A stretch of DNA of 60,505 nucleotides, taken from the NCBI GenBank assembly GCA_051294375.1, contig JBJCIZ010000038.1:1-60505 (forward strand), written 5' to 3'. Made by a program: the position numbers and the translations under genes. Below, piece by piece: positions 1 to 12,521 of the stretch. Source of the stretch: Paraspadella gotoi (taxonomy: Eukaryota; Animalia; Chaetognatha). The notes under the pieces were generated by a model. It had not been told where the DNA came from. It searched no databases and worked only from the letters and a program-made list of their open reading frames with translations. Every line of letters starts with the position of its first letter. Position 1 is the first letter of the stretch.

Positions 1-1680
1 CGACGATCCTGTATGCTTTTAGATTTTTTAAGAACTTGGCATAGCATTTTTTCAACTTGCATAACTTTTCTTCAAAACGTCTGCATTCCGTCAAAACTTT
101 ATATCTAGATTCTTCACTCACTTTCCTACCGGCCTCAACAATTTCATCTCCAATGCTATATGGGTTAAAATAAATAAAAAGATTCAAGTAAAATGTGACC
201 TGCATATTTTTTCATAGAACTCATTCACTGGTACGGTTCCACTTGAAACTTTATATCAAAGCTCTGTCACACATTTTCCTACCAAAACAAAATTTCACTC
301 AATGCATCCATCCAATTATGATTAATCACAGTATTTATTGGTAAAATAAGTAAAAATATTTTAGTAAATTCGACTTATGTTTTTTCCATTTTAAAACTAA
401 TTCCACTCACCACGATTCCATCGAAAACTTTATATCCAGCTTTATCACACACTTTCCTACCCACACACAAAATTTAATCTCCAATCCAACCAGCGCAATT
501 CACGAGTTATTGGAGCTTTTGCTAAGATGGACGGATGGACGGATTGATTGACTAATAAGGCGTAGTAAATTTCTAAATTTAAACTTTAATTAAAAATATC
601 TAAAAGTGTAGGAACGAACAATATTATATTAATGAAGCAATTATATAATAAAAAAATTTATAATAAATTTTACAATTTACCAGTAGGCCATATTGTATAC
701 TAGTACTAAACCAATAAATGTTAAAATTTCAAAACAGGTTTTTTCTAAGATTTTTTTAGCTGATTTGGATTTGTCATAAAAAGTTGATAAAAAGAAATAT
801 AACTCTTTTTTGAAAAATTCCTTCATTAATGGTCAAAAATTAAAAAAAAGCTATATTTTTAAGCTGAAAATTAACTTTTTATATATTAAAATATAGTTTT
901 TTTTTTAATTTTTAACCCACTTAATGAAAGAATTTTTAAAAAATGATTTATATCTTTTTATCAACTTTTGTTACGAGGAAATTCAAATCTGAATCGAAAA
1001 TTTAAAAAAAAGCCTATTTTGAAATTTTTCGATTTTATAAGGATAATACTATATATAAATATAGCCTACCGCGGAAAATTAAAAAACATAAAATTAATTT
1101 TTTTTACAAATTAATGTTTACTGATAGTATGTTGTTCATAATTGACTTTTAGAATTTGCGTAATATAACTTTCACTACGGCTTTTATTGACTAATTAATT
1201 AATTATTGATTAATTTATTTACTAATTGATTAATTAACTGATAAATTATTTGATTTATTAATACATCCTGCATATACATTTAATATAAAAGGGAAAAAGA
1301 AGCATAATCAATTAGAAAACAGGTTTTTTGTTTTTTTCCATTTAAACTCATTTCCACTCGGACGATTCCATCGAAACTTCATATCCAGCTCAATCACACA
1401 AAAATTTACCTACACACACAAAATTTCATATTAAATCCATCCATCTTTAATCACAGAGTAATTGGGTGCGTTTTCTTTGCCCGTAAGCGTGGACGAAGAC
1501 GGACGAGACAGACAGACAGACGGACGGAACGGACATCCATTTTTTTGCAATAATTTAATCATAATTCGATGTTTCTGAACATGATATAAGTTAGTGCCCG
1601 ACAATTATTGAGGGGGCGGACCGAGCGGACGACAAAGTGATTAATAGAGTCGGGACCTGCTGATAAGCAGATCCGACTAA
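1..1680 (-). mobile_element. Non-autonomous Helentron/DINE-1-like element (HINE family A), 5' part; 3' end lies outside the window
   Basis: Terminal palindrome GTCGGGACCTGC-tgataa-GCAGATCCGAC-taa at ~1649-1680. GACG/GACA microsatellite at ~1490-1535. Repeated internal subunit (CGATTCCATCGAAACTT...TTTCCTACC...AAAATTT). The same terminus recurs at ~5085, ~33290 and ~43032. Confidence 0.7.
555..1186. mobile_element. Palindromic foldback/MITE-like insertion nested in HINE-A
   Basis: Ends AAGGCGTAGTAAA / TTCACTACGGCTT are near reverse complements. The inner arms also pair (AAAAGTTGATAAAAAGA at ~779 vs TCTTTTTATCAACTTTT at ~953). Centre ~880. Confidence 0.6.
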
Positions 1681-2248
1681 AAAAATAAAAAAAAATAAAA
1701 ATATTGTTTTTTTTTTTTTTTTATTATAAATACCAAAAACAGTATTGACAATAATCGATAAACAGTAACAGTAAAAGACTGGAAAAACTAAACTATGGTA
1801 TTGAAATTCAATAAAAAAACAAAAGACACTACGTTTAAAAGACTGGGGAAAACAAGTAAAAACTAAACTACATATTGATAATTCAATAAAAACAAAAGAC
1901 ACCTAGCCGTTTAAAATCATTAATAAATGTTATGAACTAATACATAAGAACTATAAAAAATAACGTTCAAGAACCGTTCAAAGATCAAGATTAAAAATCA
2001 TAAAAACCGGAAAAACTAAAAAACCGAAAAAATGTCAAATGTCAAGGAGATAGCAATAGCTTTTATTTTAAAAATTTATATAATTTTTATTTTTTGATAA
2101 TGCGTAAAAAATAAAAACAAAAAAAAATATAGACAACAAAGACAAAAACAAAAAAATAAAGCATAAACGAAAACAATGTTAATTAAAACGTTCAAAGATA
2201 AATGCATTCTAAAACAAAACAAAAAATATGAAAACAAGAACAAAAACA

Positions 2249-5085
2249 AACAAGTTTGAGCAAACAATGTCGGATCTGCCTACTTGCATAATTATTAAAT
2301 ATAATTAATTATTAATTAATTTTTAATTAATTAATTAATTATTAAATTAATTTTAATTAATTAATTATTTTATAATTTTTAATTATTAATTAATTATTAA
2401 TAAATATTATTAATAAATAATTAATTAATTAATTTTAATTAATTAATTATTAATTAATTATTAATATATTAATAAATAATTATTATTAATTTATTAATTA
2501 ATATTTTAATGTTAATAATAATATTAATTAATTATATTTTTATTTTTATGTCTCTTTCCTCTCTCTCTCTCTCTCTTTTTTTATGCAATTGCGAACGATT
2601 GCCTTTTAAGATTTTTTAACTCTGCATCAAATTTTTTCAACTTGCATCTTTTTTTTCATTTTCATTGCATATTTTTTCAATTTGCATCATTTTTTCAATT
2701 TGCAATCATTTTTCAACTTTCATCATTCTTCAATTGCATTCATTTATTCAACTTGCATCATTTTTTTCAACTTTGCATAATTTTTTTAAATTGCATCATT
2801 TTTTTCACATTTAATAATTAATTAATTAATTAATAAACATTTATTAGTAATCATTAATTTCATTTAAACTCATTCCACTTGCACAATTCCGTCAAAACTT
2901 TATATCTGGCTTCTTCTCACATCTTTCCTACCGCTCACAAAATTTCATCTCAATCTATCATGGTTAAAATGAAATAAAAAGATACAGAAATGGACTCATA
3001 TTTTTTCATTTAAAACCATTTCCCACTGCACGATTCCACTCGAAACTTTATCATCCAGCTTCATCTCACACTGTCCTACCACCACACAAAATTTCATTCC
3101 AATCCAACAGCCATATCACGAGTCTTATTGGAGCTTTTTGCTAAGGTGGGACGGATGACGGCATTAATTGACTACTGATAATTTAATATTGATTAATTGA
3201 ACTAATTTATTTAATTACTGATTAATTATTTGATTTATTAAATACATCCTGCATTGATACGATTTGAATAATACAAGGAAAAGAAAGCATAATCAATTTT
3301 TTGTTTTTTTTTCCATTTAAAACTCACTTCCACCTTAAACGATTCCATTCGAAACTTGTTTTCCTTTCAGATCACACACTTTCCTACCACATACAAAAAT
3401 TCTAAGGTTCAACTTGCCCCATCCACATCATGAGCAATTAATTAGGCAATTAGTTAATTTGAATTGAAATGTTTGTTTAGGGTATTTTTCGTCACTAACC
3501 ATGACAAAAGCAATGACGACGATGATGAATATGCCAGATAACCGGATTGGACTGATCGATTTGATTGAATGAATCAAATATAATAATAGTAAATGAATTG
3601 AGTTGAATTAAATAATTATAATAGATAAATAAATTGATGGATTGAATAATTAAATTGATTGATAAATTGCATACTGATAATTGAATTAATTGCATTAATA
3701 ACTGATTTTTCCTTTTAATTTTATGTAGCTATCTCTCTCCCTTTTTCCCAGTTGCTGATTCCATCGGGAAAAACAACGAGTCTGCAGAAGGCTTTTTCTC
3801 TCATTTTTCTCCTGCTGCTTCTGCTGCTGCCTTGTATGATTTCTTTCCTTTTTTCTTGCTCGCTCTGCTGCTGCCGCTGAGCTTCTGTCCTAATCGTACT
3901 CATTCGTCGTCCTGACTCTCTCTCTATCTCCTGAACACTCTCTCTTCTCTCTCTGCGTTTTGTTAAAAAAATTGACCGCTATTTGCAGTTGAACTTCGTA
4001 TAAAATTTAATCCATCTCGTATTCGTGCGAATGTTATCATTTTGCTATTTGGCAACATTCAAGTTTAATTTCCATTTTTTTCCCTCCTCCTCTCTCTTCT
4101 CTTCCTCTCGCAATCGGATGCCTCAGCTCTCCAATTTTGCGACCATTCCAGTCTTATGCTTTTAAGATTTTCATGTCAACTACGACATCAATTTTTCAAT
4201 CTTACATAATTTTATAAATTGCAACATTTTCCACATATTAATTAATTAAAAATTTATTGCAGTAATCATAAATCCATAAAGATTCAAGCTAAAATGGCAC
4301 ACTAGTATCTCCAAAACTCATTTCCACGGCACAATCCTCAAAACTAGTCATATCTACAGATCGCCATAATCTAAGATTATTGAATTAATTAAATTGACTA
4401 ATTGCCATTAATTAAGGCTGAATTAAATTTGATCTTATTAAACATTCCTGCATATACTATTTAATGAAAAGGAAAAAGAAGGCTTATAACAAGACTGGAA
4501 ACAGTGTGTTTTCCATTTAACTCATTCCACCAAACGATCCATCGAAACGACGCTCAATAACACTTCCTACCCACATAAATCAATCTAATTCCAGGGCAAT
4601 CGCCCCACTGGTCACACTCTACCCCAATGAGCAATTCGTCTACGTGTTCAAATAGTTGAATTATTATTTTTTTTGTTTTCCATTTTGAACACAATTTCCC
4701 ACTCGCACGAATTCCATCTCGAAACTCCAGGACCTCGCACATCTCAATCACAGAGTACACTCTCCCGCGCCCTACCACCGCACACAAAATTCTTCATACC
4801 AATCCATCCATGCAATCTACCGGACCAAGTTAATATTCGGTTGTTTTTGTGCCTTGAAGAGGGCGACGGAACACGACGGACAGGCACCGGAACGAGGCAC
4901 GAACGGCACGGCTTCGGCACGTACGGCACGGGCCATCGCGGAATACGGACATCAGACTTTTTTTGCATAATTTATCATACATTCTCGATGTTCCTGACAT
5001 GATATAAGTAGTGCCCGACCAATATTGACGGACGAACAAAGCCTGAGTGAAGAGCCCGGGATCTGCTGAAGAGCAATCCGACTAA
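2249..5085 (-). mobile_element. Apparently complete HINE-A copy (~2.8 kb) inserted in the T-rich LINE 3' UTR
   Basis: 5' subTIR palindrome at ~5056-5085. 3' subTIR GCAGATCCGAC plus small stem-loop GTTTG-CT-CAAAC at ~2249-2279 (revcomp). Joining the two flanks restores the LINE UTR seen at ~25620-25670. Confidence 0.7.
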
Positions 5086-5561
5086 AAAAATAAAAAGCCG
5101 GAAAATAATGAAAAACAATTGAGAGCAAAAAAATAAACTAAAACATTATTAAAAGTGTAATAGTTGAAGCGCAGAGGGACCACATGCAGAATAGAAAATA
5201 TTCAAAACATAATCAGTATAAAAATACATATAAATATAATATATCTATATATAAAATATAAGCACTCAGCATTAGGGGTAGCCGCACCTCAATGGGCACA
5301 GTGAGTCAAAAATTCTAGAGGAGTACATGCTCAACGAATATAGGACATTTAAGAATACTTTCCAAGGATCAACAAAAATATAAAGCATTAAATGAAAAAC
5401 ATAGAGCAGAAAAATAAAACTAAAACTATAAAGTGTGTTTAATATCGTGAAGTAAAGTGGCAGAGGGACCACACTCTGATGAATAGAAATATCAAACTAT
5501 AATCAGTATATATATATATACATATAAATATAAATATATATATAAATATAAGCACTCAGAT

Positions 5562-6171
5562 TAGGCGGTAGCCGCACTCAATGGGGTGAGTAAAAATTTA
5601 GAGGAGTACATGCTCAAACGAATATTTAGACATTTTTAAGAATACTTTCAATGGACAAAAAATGCTCTAATATGGGCTCTATACCCTAGGATTAATTTTT
5701 TAATATTTATAAGTAGGAAAGGCCAAAAAATTTTTTTTGAATTTTTTAAATTTTAAAGACCAGACAAGTAGCTCATAAAAAGTTGTACACAAAGTCATGA
5801 TTCTTTTTTAAATATTTTACGAATAAGTGTGTCAAAAATAAGAAAAACTGTAAAAAATCATCATCATCGTCATCTTTCGATAATTTATCAGTTTTTTTAT
5901 ATTTTGACTAAAGAAAACGTAAGAATTTTAAAAGCTTGTAATTATATTTCTTGTTTATTTTTATGCTCTATCAGAATCCATCAAAAAATTTTAGAATTTT
6001 AAAAAAATATTTTTTGCTCTATATAGTAATATAAATATTTTTTAATTAGGCGACGTACCCTCAGAAGAAAGCATTTTTGACAAAAAAATATTTTAATACC
6101 ATAATCTATGGTCATGATAGATTATTTTAACGCTGTATAATTAGGCATTTAAAATTTCATCGGCTATGGCT
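5562..6171. mobile_element. hAT-like MITE
   Basis: Imperfect TIRs TAGGCGGTAGCCG / CGGCTATGGCT(A). 8-bp direct repeat ACTCAGAT at 5554-5561 and 6172-6179. Confidence 0.6.
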
Positions 6172-6506
6172 ACTCAGATCAACAGAAAAAAGACACTAAA
6201 TAAAAACAAACAAAGAGACGCTAAAAATGAATGAGACGCTAACAGCATACACAAAAGGACAGGTCTGGTTTTTTTGTTTTTGTTTTTTTTTGTATGTTTT
6301 TTAAGTAAAAATAATTCCTACATCCATCCTACTGAAAACAGACGCTACCACATTAAAACACAAAAAAGACGCTAATAAAAAACATATAACAATATACACG
6401 ACGCTACCACATAAAACAACAAAAAAGACGCTAATAAAAAAAACAACATTATAAACCACATATAAATATAGATATTGTGGTCCCTCAATACCCAAAACAG
6501 ATACCC

Positions 6507-7322
6507 TCATCGATTAAATAAGTTCCAATAGCCAATTTTAACCCGTTTAATTAAGTTATCCCCACTCTATGGTCCCACTCCTCATTTAATGTACCCAGTA
6601 ACATTTCCCAATAAGATTCGTTTTTTTAAAATTTCCCAATTTGCCATTAATTTGGCAACCCAATAATCTTGTTCTCAGTCCTTTCTCAAATGAAAAACAA
6701 ATATTTTCCACAGTCTTTCAACTGCCGACTCAACATGGCCTAATCCTCTCTGCTCTCATCTTGAATATAACAGATCTTAAAGTAAATCCTAATTTATTTC
6801 TTAACCTACACATTAAGCCCTTGTCTCATTAAGCCTAAGCTCATCTCTCGCTTTATTTCTACTTGCTTATCATCAAATTTTTAACAATGTCACACTCAAC
6901 TTCTCCCAAAGTCTATAACCACTTCACACTGAGTCAAAATATGCCATCGTTCACGTTCTACAAAACCACAAAGATCACAAATACCATCACCTGTTCCTAC
7001 ATAGGCATAATCCATGTATGCTGTCCAGAAATTTAAATTTACCTGGCGCCAAATAGACGATCTAACATAGTAAGAAGTATCAGAGTACATAATTGCTCCC
7101 CAGATGGCCCTCCACTCATTAGTTAAACTAATTCCAAGTCCTCTTTCCCATTTCTCTTCATAATGTCTTACCACTCTTAAATTAACTCTTAATTGAGAAT
7201 AAGTTTCCGCAAATGACATTTCACTCTACCTCCTATTGGCTCCTTGTACCTCTAAAATGAAGTCAGGAGGATGATCATTTGGAACAATATTTTCAACTTG
7301 CTCCCTCACTCTACATTGGATA
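6507..7322 (-). pseudogene. LINE ORF2 C-terminal fragment with CCHC (CDLCG...HILTQC), frameshifted
   Basis: ORF 6896-7219 is nearly identical to part of the 330-aa ORF at 35727-36719. Confidence 0.85.
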
Positions 7323-7793
7323 TCAAAAATCGATAAAAACGATAAGAACAGCTATCAAGTCGTAGACCAAGGTCGGCGTCTCCCTTTTATACTCGAACAC
7401 TTGGGTAAGAATTTGCTGAGGGGAAAAATTTCGTGACAAAAATAAAAGTTGAAGAACGCAGTGGTGTCCGCAGCTAGAACTGGTTACGTTTTGCAGCTGA
7501 ACGTCGGAATAAATGATAGGTTTGGTTCCGTTTAGAAGAAAGGATTCCAATTCCGACCCCGATGGCATTTTTTGTCCAAAACTGTCTAAGTAGTAATAAT
7601 AGTGACTTTCTGACCACAATGCTAGCCAATGTTCGCCAAATTGTGTGGAATCTTTATTATTCACAATGAGACAGCAGGGATTCTTGGAACTAATTTCCTT
7701 CAATGGAATTTTGTCCATTGGGAATGTATCCAAAAACACTCGGCGACTATACTCGTCTCGCGTCAGAATTCGATCGATTTCCAAAGAATTCAT
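7323..7793 (-). CDS. Adenain-like (C5) cysteine maturation protease
   Basis: GEHWLALW (His), YLDSFG (Asp) and QLQ....SSCGHHC (Gln/Cys) motifs in a 156-aa ORF. The last codons overlap the LINE junction. Confidence 0.92.
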   Translation of the reverse strand: MNSLEIDRILTRDEYSRRVFLDTFPMDKIPLKEISSKNPCCLIVNNKDSTQFGEHWLALWSESHYYYYLDSFGQKMPSGSELESFLLNGTKPIIYSDVQLQNVTSSSCGHHCVLQLLFLSRNFSPQQILTQVFEYKRETPTLVYDLIAVLIVFIDF

Positions 7794-7802
7794 TTTATTT
7801 TT

Positions 7803-9145
7803 TTAGTAATCTTTGGAGACTTTTCTGTCGGACGATATGGTCAGATTCCCCTCGAATTGAGCCAAAACCAAAATTGTCAAAGCTTTATTATTTGTCCGAC
7901 TGTCGAATTTGATATGTAACCTCGCGTTGTCGACCTGTCTCATCTCCGCGTGGTCGCTGTTATAAGGACTCCAGAAAGGCGAACCGACGTTCCATATGCA
8001 ATATCCTTTCAATACCCATTCTTCCAACTTTAGGTCGACGCAACCGTTGAGACGAAAGTCGTTTGGAACGAAGTTTTGAAGCCGTCGGGACTGGGCTGCG
8101 TCGTTTTTGAGTAGGTAACCTTTAGCAAAGTAACTCCAAAATTTTGGTAGGAGAAGGGATTTCTAAAATTGCCCACGTAACTTTCCGTGGTCACGATTGC
8201 GATGGCGCTAAACAAGGGAATCAAATTATTGTCGTAAATTGATTCGAAGGTGGCTAGTTTTTGACCAGCTGCCAAGTTGAAAGTGTGACAGCTGGTGACT
8301 TTTACAACGTACAAAGCTAAAGCCCCCCTTAGTAGTTTTTCTTCTAGTCGCAACTTGAAGGAAGACGACACGACCACCCGTTTGAGAAAGACGGACATTC
8401 CAGTTATCACTATTTTATAGTTATTAGTAGTATTATTCGTATTCAAAGCGAAAGATACGGCTGATTTCACAAACTCTAATTCGGAAAAACACTGAGGGAC
8501 AAGGAGACGAGATTGTAAAAAAAGAGGCGAATATATATTTCCAAAAAATGTTGAAACTTTACTCTGCTTTACCTAGGCGGATCTCAAACGGAAACCATTC
8601 TCGGGCGAGGTGGCGTCCAAGGCGCTAGGAAGCTCCACCGTCTTATCGGGATCTGGAGTCCAACCGCCCAAACGCAGCTTCTTCTCTTTCACGTCCTTGG
8701 AATAGTTCAACTCTATAAGTAAGTCCGCTTTGTAGGGATAGGTTTGATTTACTTTGTTGGTATAAACGTGTTGCAATTTAAAATTGACGTCGGTCCACAA
8801 GCTGGTAATGATGTTTTGAGCCAAAGAAACGTGATTGCCTATTTTTGTCGTGGCGTCCGGCGCCGTCCAATTGTCTAAAGCGTTGCCCGATGATTTAACG
8901 ACCTTGAGACTGATGGAATAATAACTCTCGCTCAAAGATGTCATATCGATCGACGGTGGGAGAGAGAAGGTCACCGAATTTGAACTCGCATTTTCGCTTA
9001 AACTATTCATGGGAAGTATTTCCTCGTAGTAACAAGATTCCACCTGTTTCTGAACAAAGGCAGGTTGCAAAAGGTCGAGGGCGCCGTGAATGCATTCGAT
9101 GTTCGGGTCCACCCCAAAACCGCCGGCCAAAAGATCGTCCCCCAT
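7803..9145 (-). pseudogene. Major capsid protein (hexon-like double jelly roll), frameshifted over ORFs 8573-9145, 8030-8470 and 7803-8027
   Basis: N-terminal LDLLQPAFVQKQVESCYYEEILP...VTFSLP, middle YPYKA and NPFSYQNFGV, C-terminal NARLHIKF...VLAQFEGNLTISSDRKVSKDY, all typical of Polinton major capsid proteins. Confidence 0.88.
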
Positions 9146-9190
9146 TTTAATAAAATATTTTTAAAAGTTTACTCTGTCGTTGTTGTTATT

Positions 9191-9700
9191 TTAAAGACGT
9201 TTTTCTCTTCTTCTTCTTCTTTCCTTTTTTCTTTTCGTCACGTTTTTTCGATGCTCTTTTTTTTTCCTCTTTTGTTTTCTACCGCCCGACTGAAACTTTT
9301 TTTTATGTTTCGATTGTTTTATAGGCCCGCTAAGCAATTCTTTTTTCAAAATTTGTTTCGCTTTCTTTTTACTTTCTTTCACTCCTTCTTTCCAAGCTTC
9401 ATTAGGCCGCAGTCGACCGGTAAGCGCATCGGCTGCGGCACCTATGCCGCTGTCGACCGTCGCCTTACCTAATTTCTTCATGACCTTCAAGGCTCGTGGT
9501 TTTAACGACTTGACCGCCGGACCGATGGATCTTAAAAGCGGTCTGAAAAAAGTGGCCAACGATTGAAATATATTTCGTCCCGTTTGCGGCACCCCGTGGG
9601 GAAAAATTCCTCCATAACCACAGCCTCGAAACGTGGGATATGTATATTTCGATAAACCAACCCGATAATGATTGAGAGGTAATTTTAAAGGATAAACCAT
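9191..9700 (-). CDS. Cupiennin-like / core-type virion protein (amphipathic helix, very basic tail)
   Basis: RGCGYGG...GRNIFQSLATFFRPLLRSIG amphipathic segment and K/R-rich C-terminus. Lies between penton and hexon, as in adintoviruses. Confidence 0.7.
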   Translation of the reverse strand: MVYPLKLPLNHYRVGLSKYTYPTFRGCGYGGIFPHGVPQTGRNIFQSLATFFRPLLRSIGPAVKSLKPRALKVMKKLGKATVDSGIGAAADALTGRLRPNEAWKEGVKESKKKAKQILKKELLSGPIKQSKHKKKFQSGGRKQKRKKKEHRKNVTKRKKERRRRREKRL

Positions 9701-9736
9701 GACGGAAAAAAAGAAAAAATCGGTCCGCTTGACTAT

Positions 9737-10778
9737 TTATAGTCTCCCTTGGATCACGGGACGAAAATGTAAGGTCACGAACAAGGGTTGTTTGGAAGAG
9801 ATCTTGGTGAAATATAAAGGATCCCCGTTAATGTTTTTTATTGTAATGTCTATAAAGTTTATGACGTGTTTTGCCACTGGAAAGTAATGCACGTTGTGAA
9901 AATCTTGTAAAACTCTTCCGTTAGTTCTTTGAAGAGGAAAAGTTTTTATAGTATTGACGTATTGACTTCCATTGGGCCATACTGAAATTAGCGAGGTGTA
10001 TATGAGAGCCAAGTCTTCCAAATATTTTTGAACGGGATATCTAAAATGACTATTGGTCTCGTCCAAACTTGTCATTTCTTTTTCAATAACGAAATATCTC
10101 TCTTCCGTTTTAGGTTGACCATGCGCATCCAATTGAGGAGTCCCATCTTGGTTGGTCAAGGGATACGTGTAAGAAGACTCGGGCTTGGTTTTTCCTATGG
10201 GAGCCAATCCAGAACTCTTTGAATTCCAAGAGCCCATCAGGTATAGTACTTCGCCCTGTAACTCTATCGTTATCCACTTATTTTGCGTTTTATATTCTAT
10301 GTATCCCTCATCCTGATTGAAGTTGAACACTGGATCATTTACCAATCTTGGTATATTTTCTTGTATAAACTTGTTAAATGTTCTACAAAGTGAAAATCCA
10401 TCATATTTTCCCCTCTTTATGCTTAATTCATAAAGTTCCCCATAAACGTCGACTGGAAAGGGATTTTTGGGATGATTCGGTGGAAATTTAACCAACCAGT
10501 CAAAAACCTAAATGAAAAAAGGTTCTTTTGTTTATGTTTTTTTAGTTATGCATATTAGTATGTTTTTTCTTATTACCCTTATGACTTGAGTCTCCCGGGA
10601 ATAATATTTTCCATGTCGTCGATGTAAGAAATTTCGGTGACTCCGACCTCGTAGGGAATTTCGGGTGGGAAAATTATGCTTTCCGGTAGTTTATTTACGA
10701 AATCGCAAATCGAGTTATTTGGAAAATATTCGGCGCTGTCGCTGCTCCACAGACGACCGTAAAATCCCTTTTTATCAT
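9737..10778 (-). pseudogene. Minor capsid protein (penton-like), frameshifted N-terminus
   Basis: The N-terminus from ATG 10778 reads MIKRDFTVVC...NNSICDFVNKLPESI...YEVGVTEISY across frameshifts. The C-terminus IYTSLI...HYFPV...IDITIKNINGDPLYF...VTLHFRP is the Polinton minor capsid signature. Confidence 0.85.
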
Positions 10779-10780
10779 TT

Positions 10781-11910
10781 TCAGTTTTTTAAAAGTATTT
10801 TCGTCAACCCAGGAGGCTTTTTTCTCACCCAATTTAGAAATGAGAATTCTTTTTCTCCACTCTTTCTTGTCCTAGAAGATTTCAAAGAATAAAAATCTAA
10901 AAACTTTTGAGGATTTATTTTGGCCAAACTGTATCTGTAGTAAACGCCCTTTTGATCTTTTCCTTGGCCGTCCGTCAATTTAAACGTGGGAGGAGTAGTT
11001 TTTTCTATAGATTTTATGACGAATATTTCATCTTGAAATTTTGAATGATAGCCCCTGGGGCTCATCAAAGTTTTTGGTTTGGCCAAAAGAACGAATCTCC
11101 GACGTTTAACTCTCCTTATTTTTATACGTCGTCTTATTTTTTCCTTGTGTTTTCTAGCTCGAAGCAAATAATTTTCTCTCACCCTGTCTTCATATTTTCA
11201 GGTTGCCAATGAACTTGTGCGGGAGAGAGACCGGTCAAATTTTGGATTTTTTAGCGTTCAACGCCGCCGAAACCAAAGGTACGAAAAATTCAAATTTATA
11301 ATTGTTCATTGCGAAACAAGTTTTAAATAATAACCTTTCAAAGGTATTTATGAAGTTTTCTGCCATGAATGCTTTTTTTCCCGTTTCCGTGATGATAATT
11401 TTAATTTCTTCCTTGAGACATAACTTTTTAAGAGCCGCGAAATTCGGCCCCGTCATCCACTTGAAGTAGAGAACAGGAGCGGCGCCGTTTGCTTCTATAA
11501 CTGACTTAAGGCTCTGGTCGTTTCTGAACTAGTTTTGTTCTCCAATACGACCGTCCAATTTGCTCGGCTGAAATTATCGATGAGGCAAAATACATATCTT
11601 TTATTATTATTATTATATTTTTTGAGCTCGACCAAGTCCGCTATATCGGCCGACCAATTTGAATTTACTTTCAGCCTGGGTATCGTTCTGTAATAACGTT
11701 TGGGTCTTCTTATTTGTTTGTAAGCGACCGCCGTCTTTTGAGCCTCCAAAAAATTTTGGCATTTTCTTGAGAAATTTTTTTAGATTTTAAACGTTTTGCC
11801 CACTCTAAAAATTCCGTCTCCGATGCGAGAGCCGCGATGCCAGGTAATTCGTAATAAGCTTTACGTAACACGTCATTCTCCATCTTTTCAGATTCCGTCC
11901 CACTGGACAT
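10781..11910 (-). pseudogene. Polinton-type retroviral-like (rve) integrase, frameshifted over four ORFs
   Basis: LRKAYY at the N-terminus; WSADIAD (D1); YVFCLIDNFSR; LQVDDGAEF (D2, alternate frame ~11445-11465); KAFMAENF (E); C-terminal RGY...EIFVI...PPTFKLTD...KGVYY. Confidence 0.88.
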
Positions 11911-12025
11911 CTTGAGAAGCGACGGGAAGAATTTCTTCTTCTTCGACTTTCTTCCTGCGAGACCTCATGGATACGGGCAAAGTACTCATCGACCTCTTAA
12001 GACCGAGGGTCGAAGCTTTCTTGGG

Positions 12026-12511
12026 TCAACCTCTCGGGCGTCGAATGGGAACTGCGGACGACGCTGGGGCGTTGAGCAAGTAAGATTGAATTTCAAAGGG
12101 ATTGGTTGAAATTTGTTTGTTTTTTAAGTCCGATAACACTTGAAATATCGTGCCGATTACGTTATCGTTGATATAAACTTTAGAGTTTTTGACTTTGACC
12201 TCTGGAATCGATTCCAAAGAGTTTGTCAATCGAGAATCCAAGTCGGCGGGCTCTTTGGACGAATTCAAAGACGACAAAGATTGTAAAATTGGTTGTACCC
12301 TCGATTGCAGATGGGCCAAATCTTGCGCTTCCTGGACTTCCTCGTGGGTTTTGGCGCGAATGAGTTCGTCATTCAACTCTCGAACTTTAATGTCCACGGG
12401 TGAGTCTTGTTTTATTGTTTCTTTGTTTTTGTTTAAATTCAGTTTGTGTAAATCTTTAGCTGAAACTAAAAATATCTTCTCGGTAAATCTTAGGGGTTTT
12501 TGTTGAGCCAT
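12026..12511 (-). CDS. Uncharacterised Polinton ORF upstream of the integrase
   Basis: 161-aa ORF co-oriented with the module. The N-terminal EKIFLV resembles the K-(M/I)-x-L-V start of the conserved pre-integrase ORF of animal Polintons. It probably extends to ~11910 via a frameshift. Confidence 0.55.
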   Translation of the reverse strand: MAQQKPLRFTEKIFLVSAKDLHKLNLNKNKETIKQDSPVDIKVRELNDELIRAKTHEEVQEAQDLAHLQSRVQPILQSLSSLNSSKEPADLDSRLTNSLESIPEVKVKNSKVYINDNVIGTIFQVLSDLKNKQISTNPFEIQSYLLNAPASSAVPIRRPRG

Positions 12512-12521
12512 TATTTTTTGT

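Larger units (their letters stand above)
1706..7322 (-). mobile_element. 5'-truncated L1/Tx1-clade LINE (copy A): ORF2 3' end, long 3' UTR and poly(A), with nested HINE and hAT insertions
   Basis: 6507-7322 matches the ORF2 C-terminus at 35727-36545. UTR blocks at 5090-5560 and 6180-6506 match the first half of the UTR at 24870-26021, and 1706-2248 matches its last part. Poly(T) at ~1707-1722 is the poly(A) tail. Confidence 0.75.
7323..12511 (-). mobile_element. Polinton/Maverick (adintovirus-like) endogenous virus fragment: integrase plus virion morphogenesis module
   Basis: Tightly packed co-oriented genes in the typical order ORF-INT-penton-cupiennin-like-hexon-adenain. Cut by the LINE at ~7322 and by the Gypsy integrase at ~12515. 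No TIR, pPolB or clear ATPase. Confidence 0.9.

Noticed and set aside
1591-2267. F/L/V-rich ORFs (also 34400-35142, 41634-41849, 58843-59073) as membrane proteins
   Set aside because: They are translations of T-rich UTR or low-complexity repeat sequence.
5100-5660. ~290-bp tandem duplication as a biological repeat
   Set aside because: It copies a MITE junction and differs by scattered indels, so it is more likely a consensus artefact.
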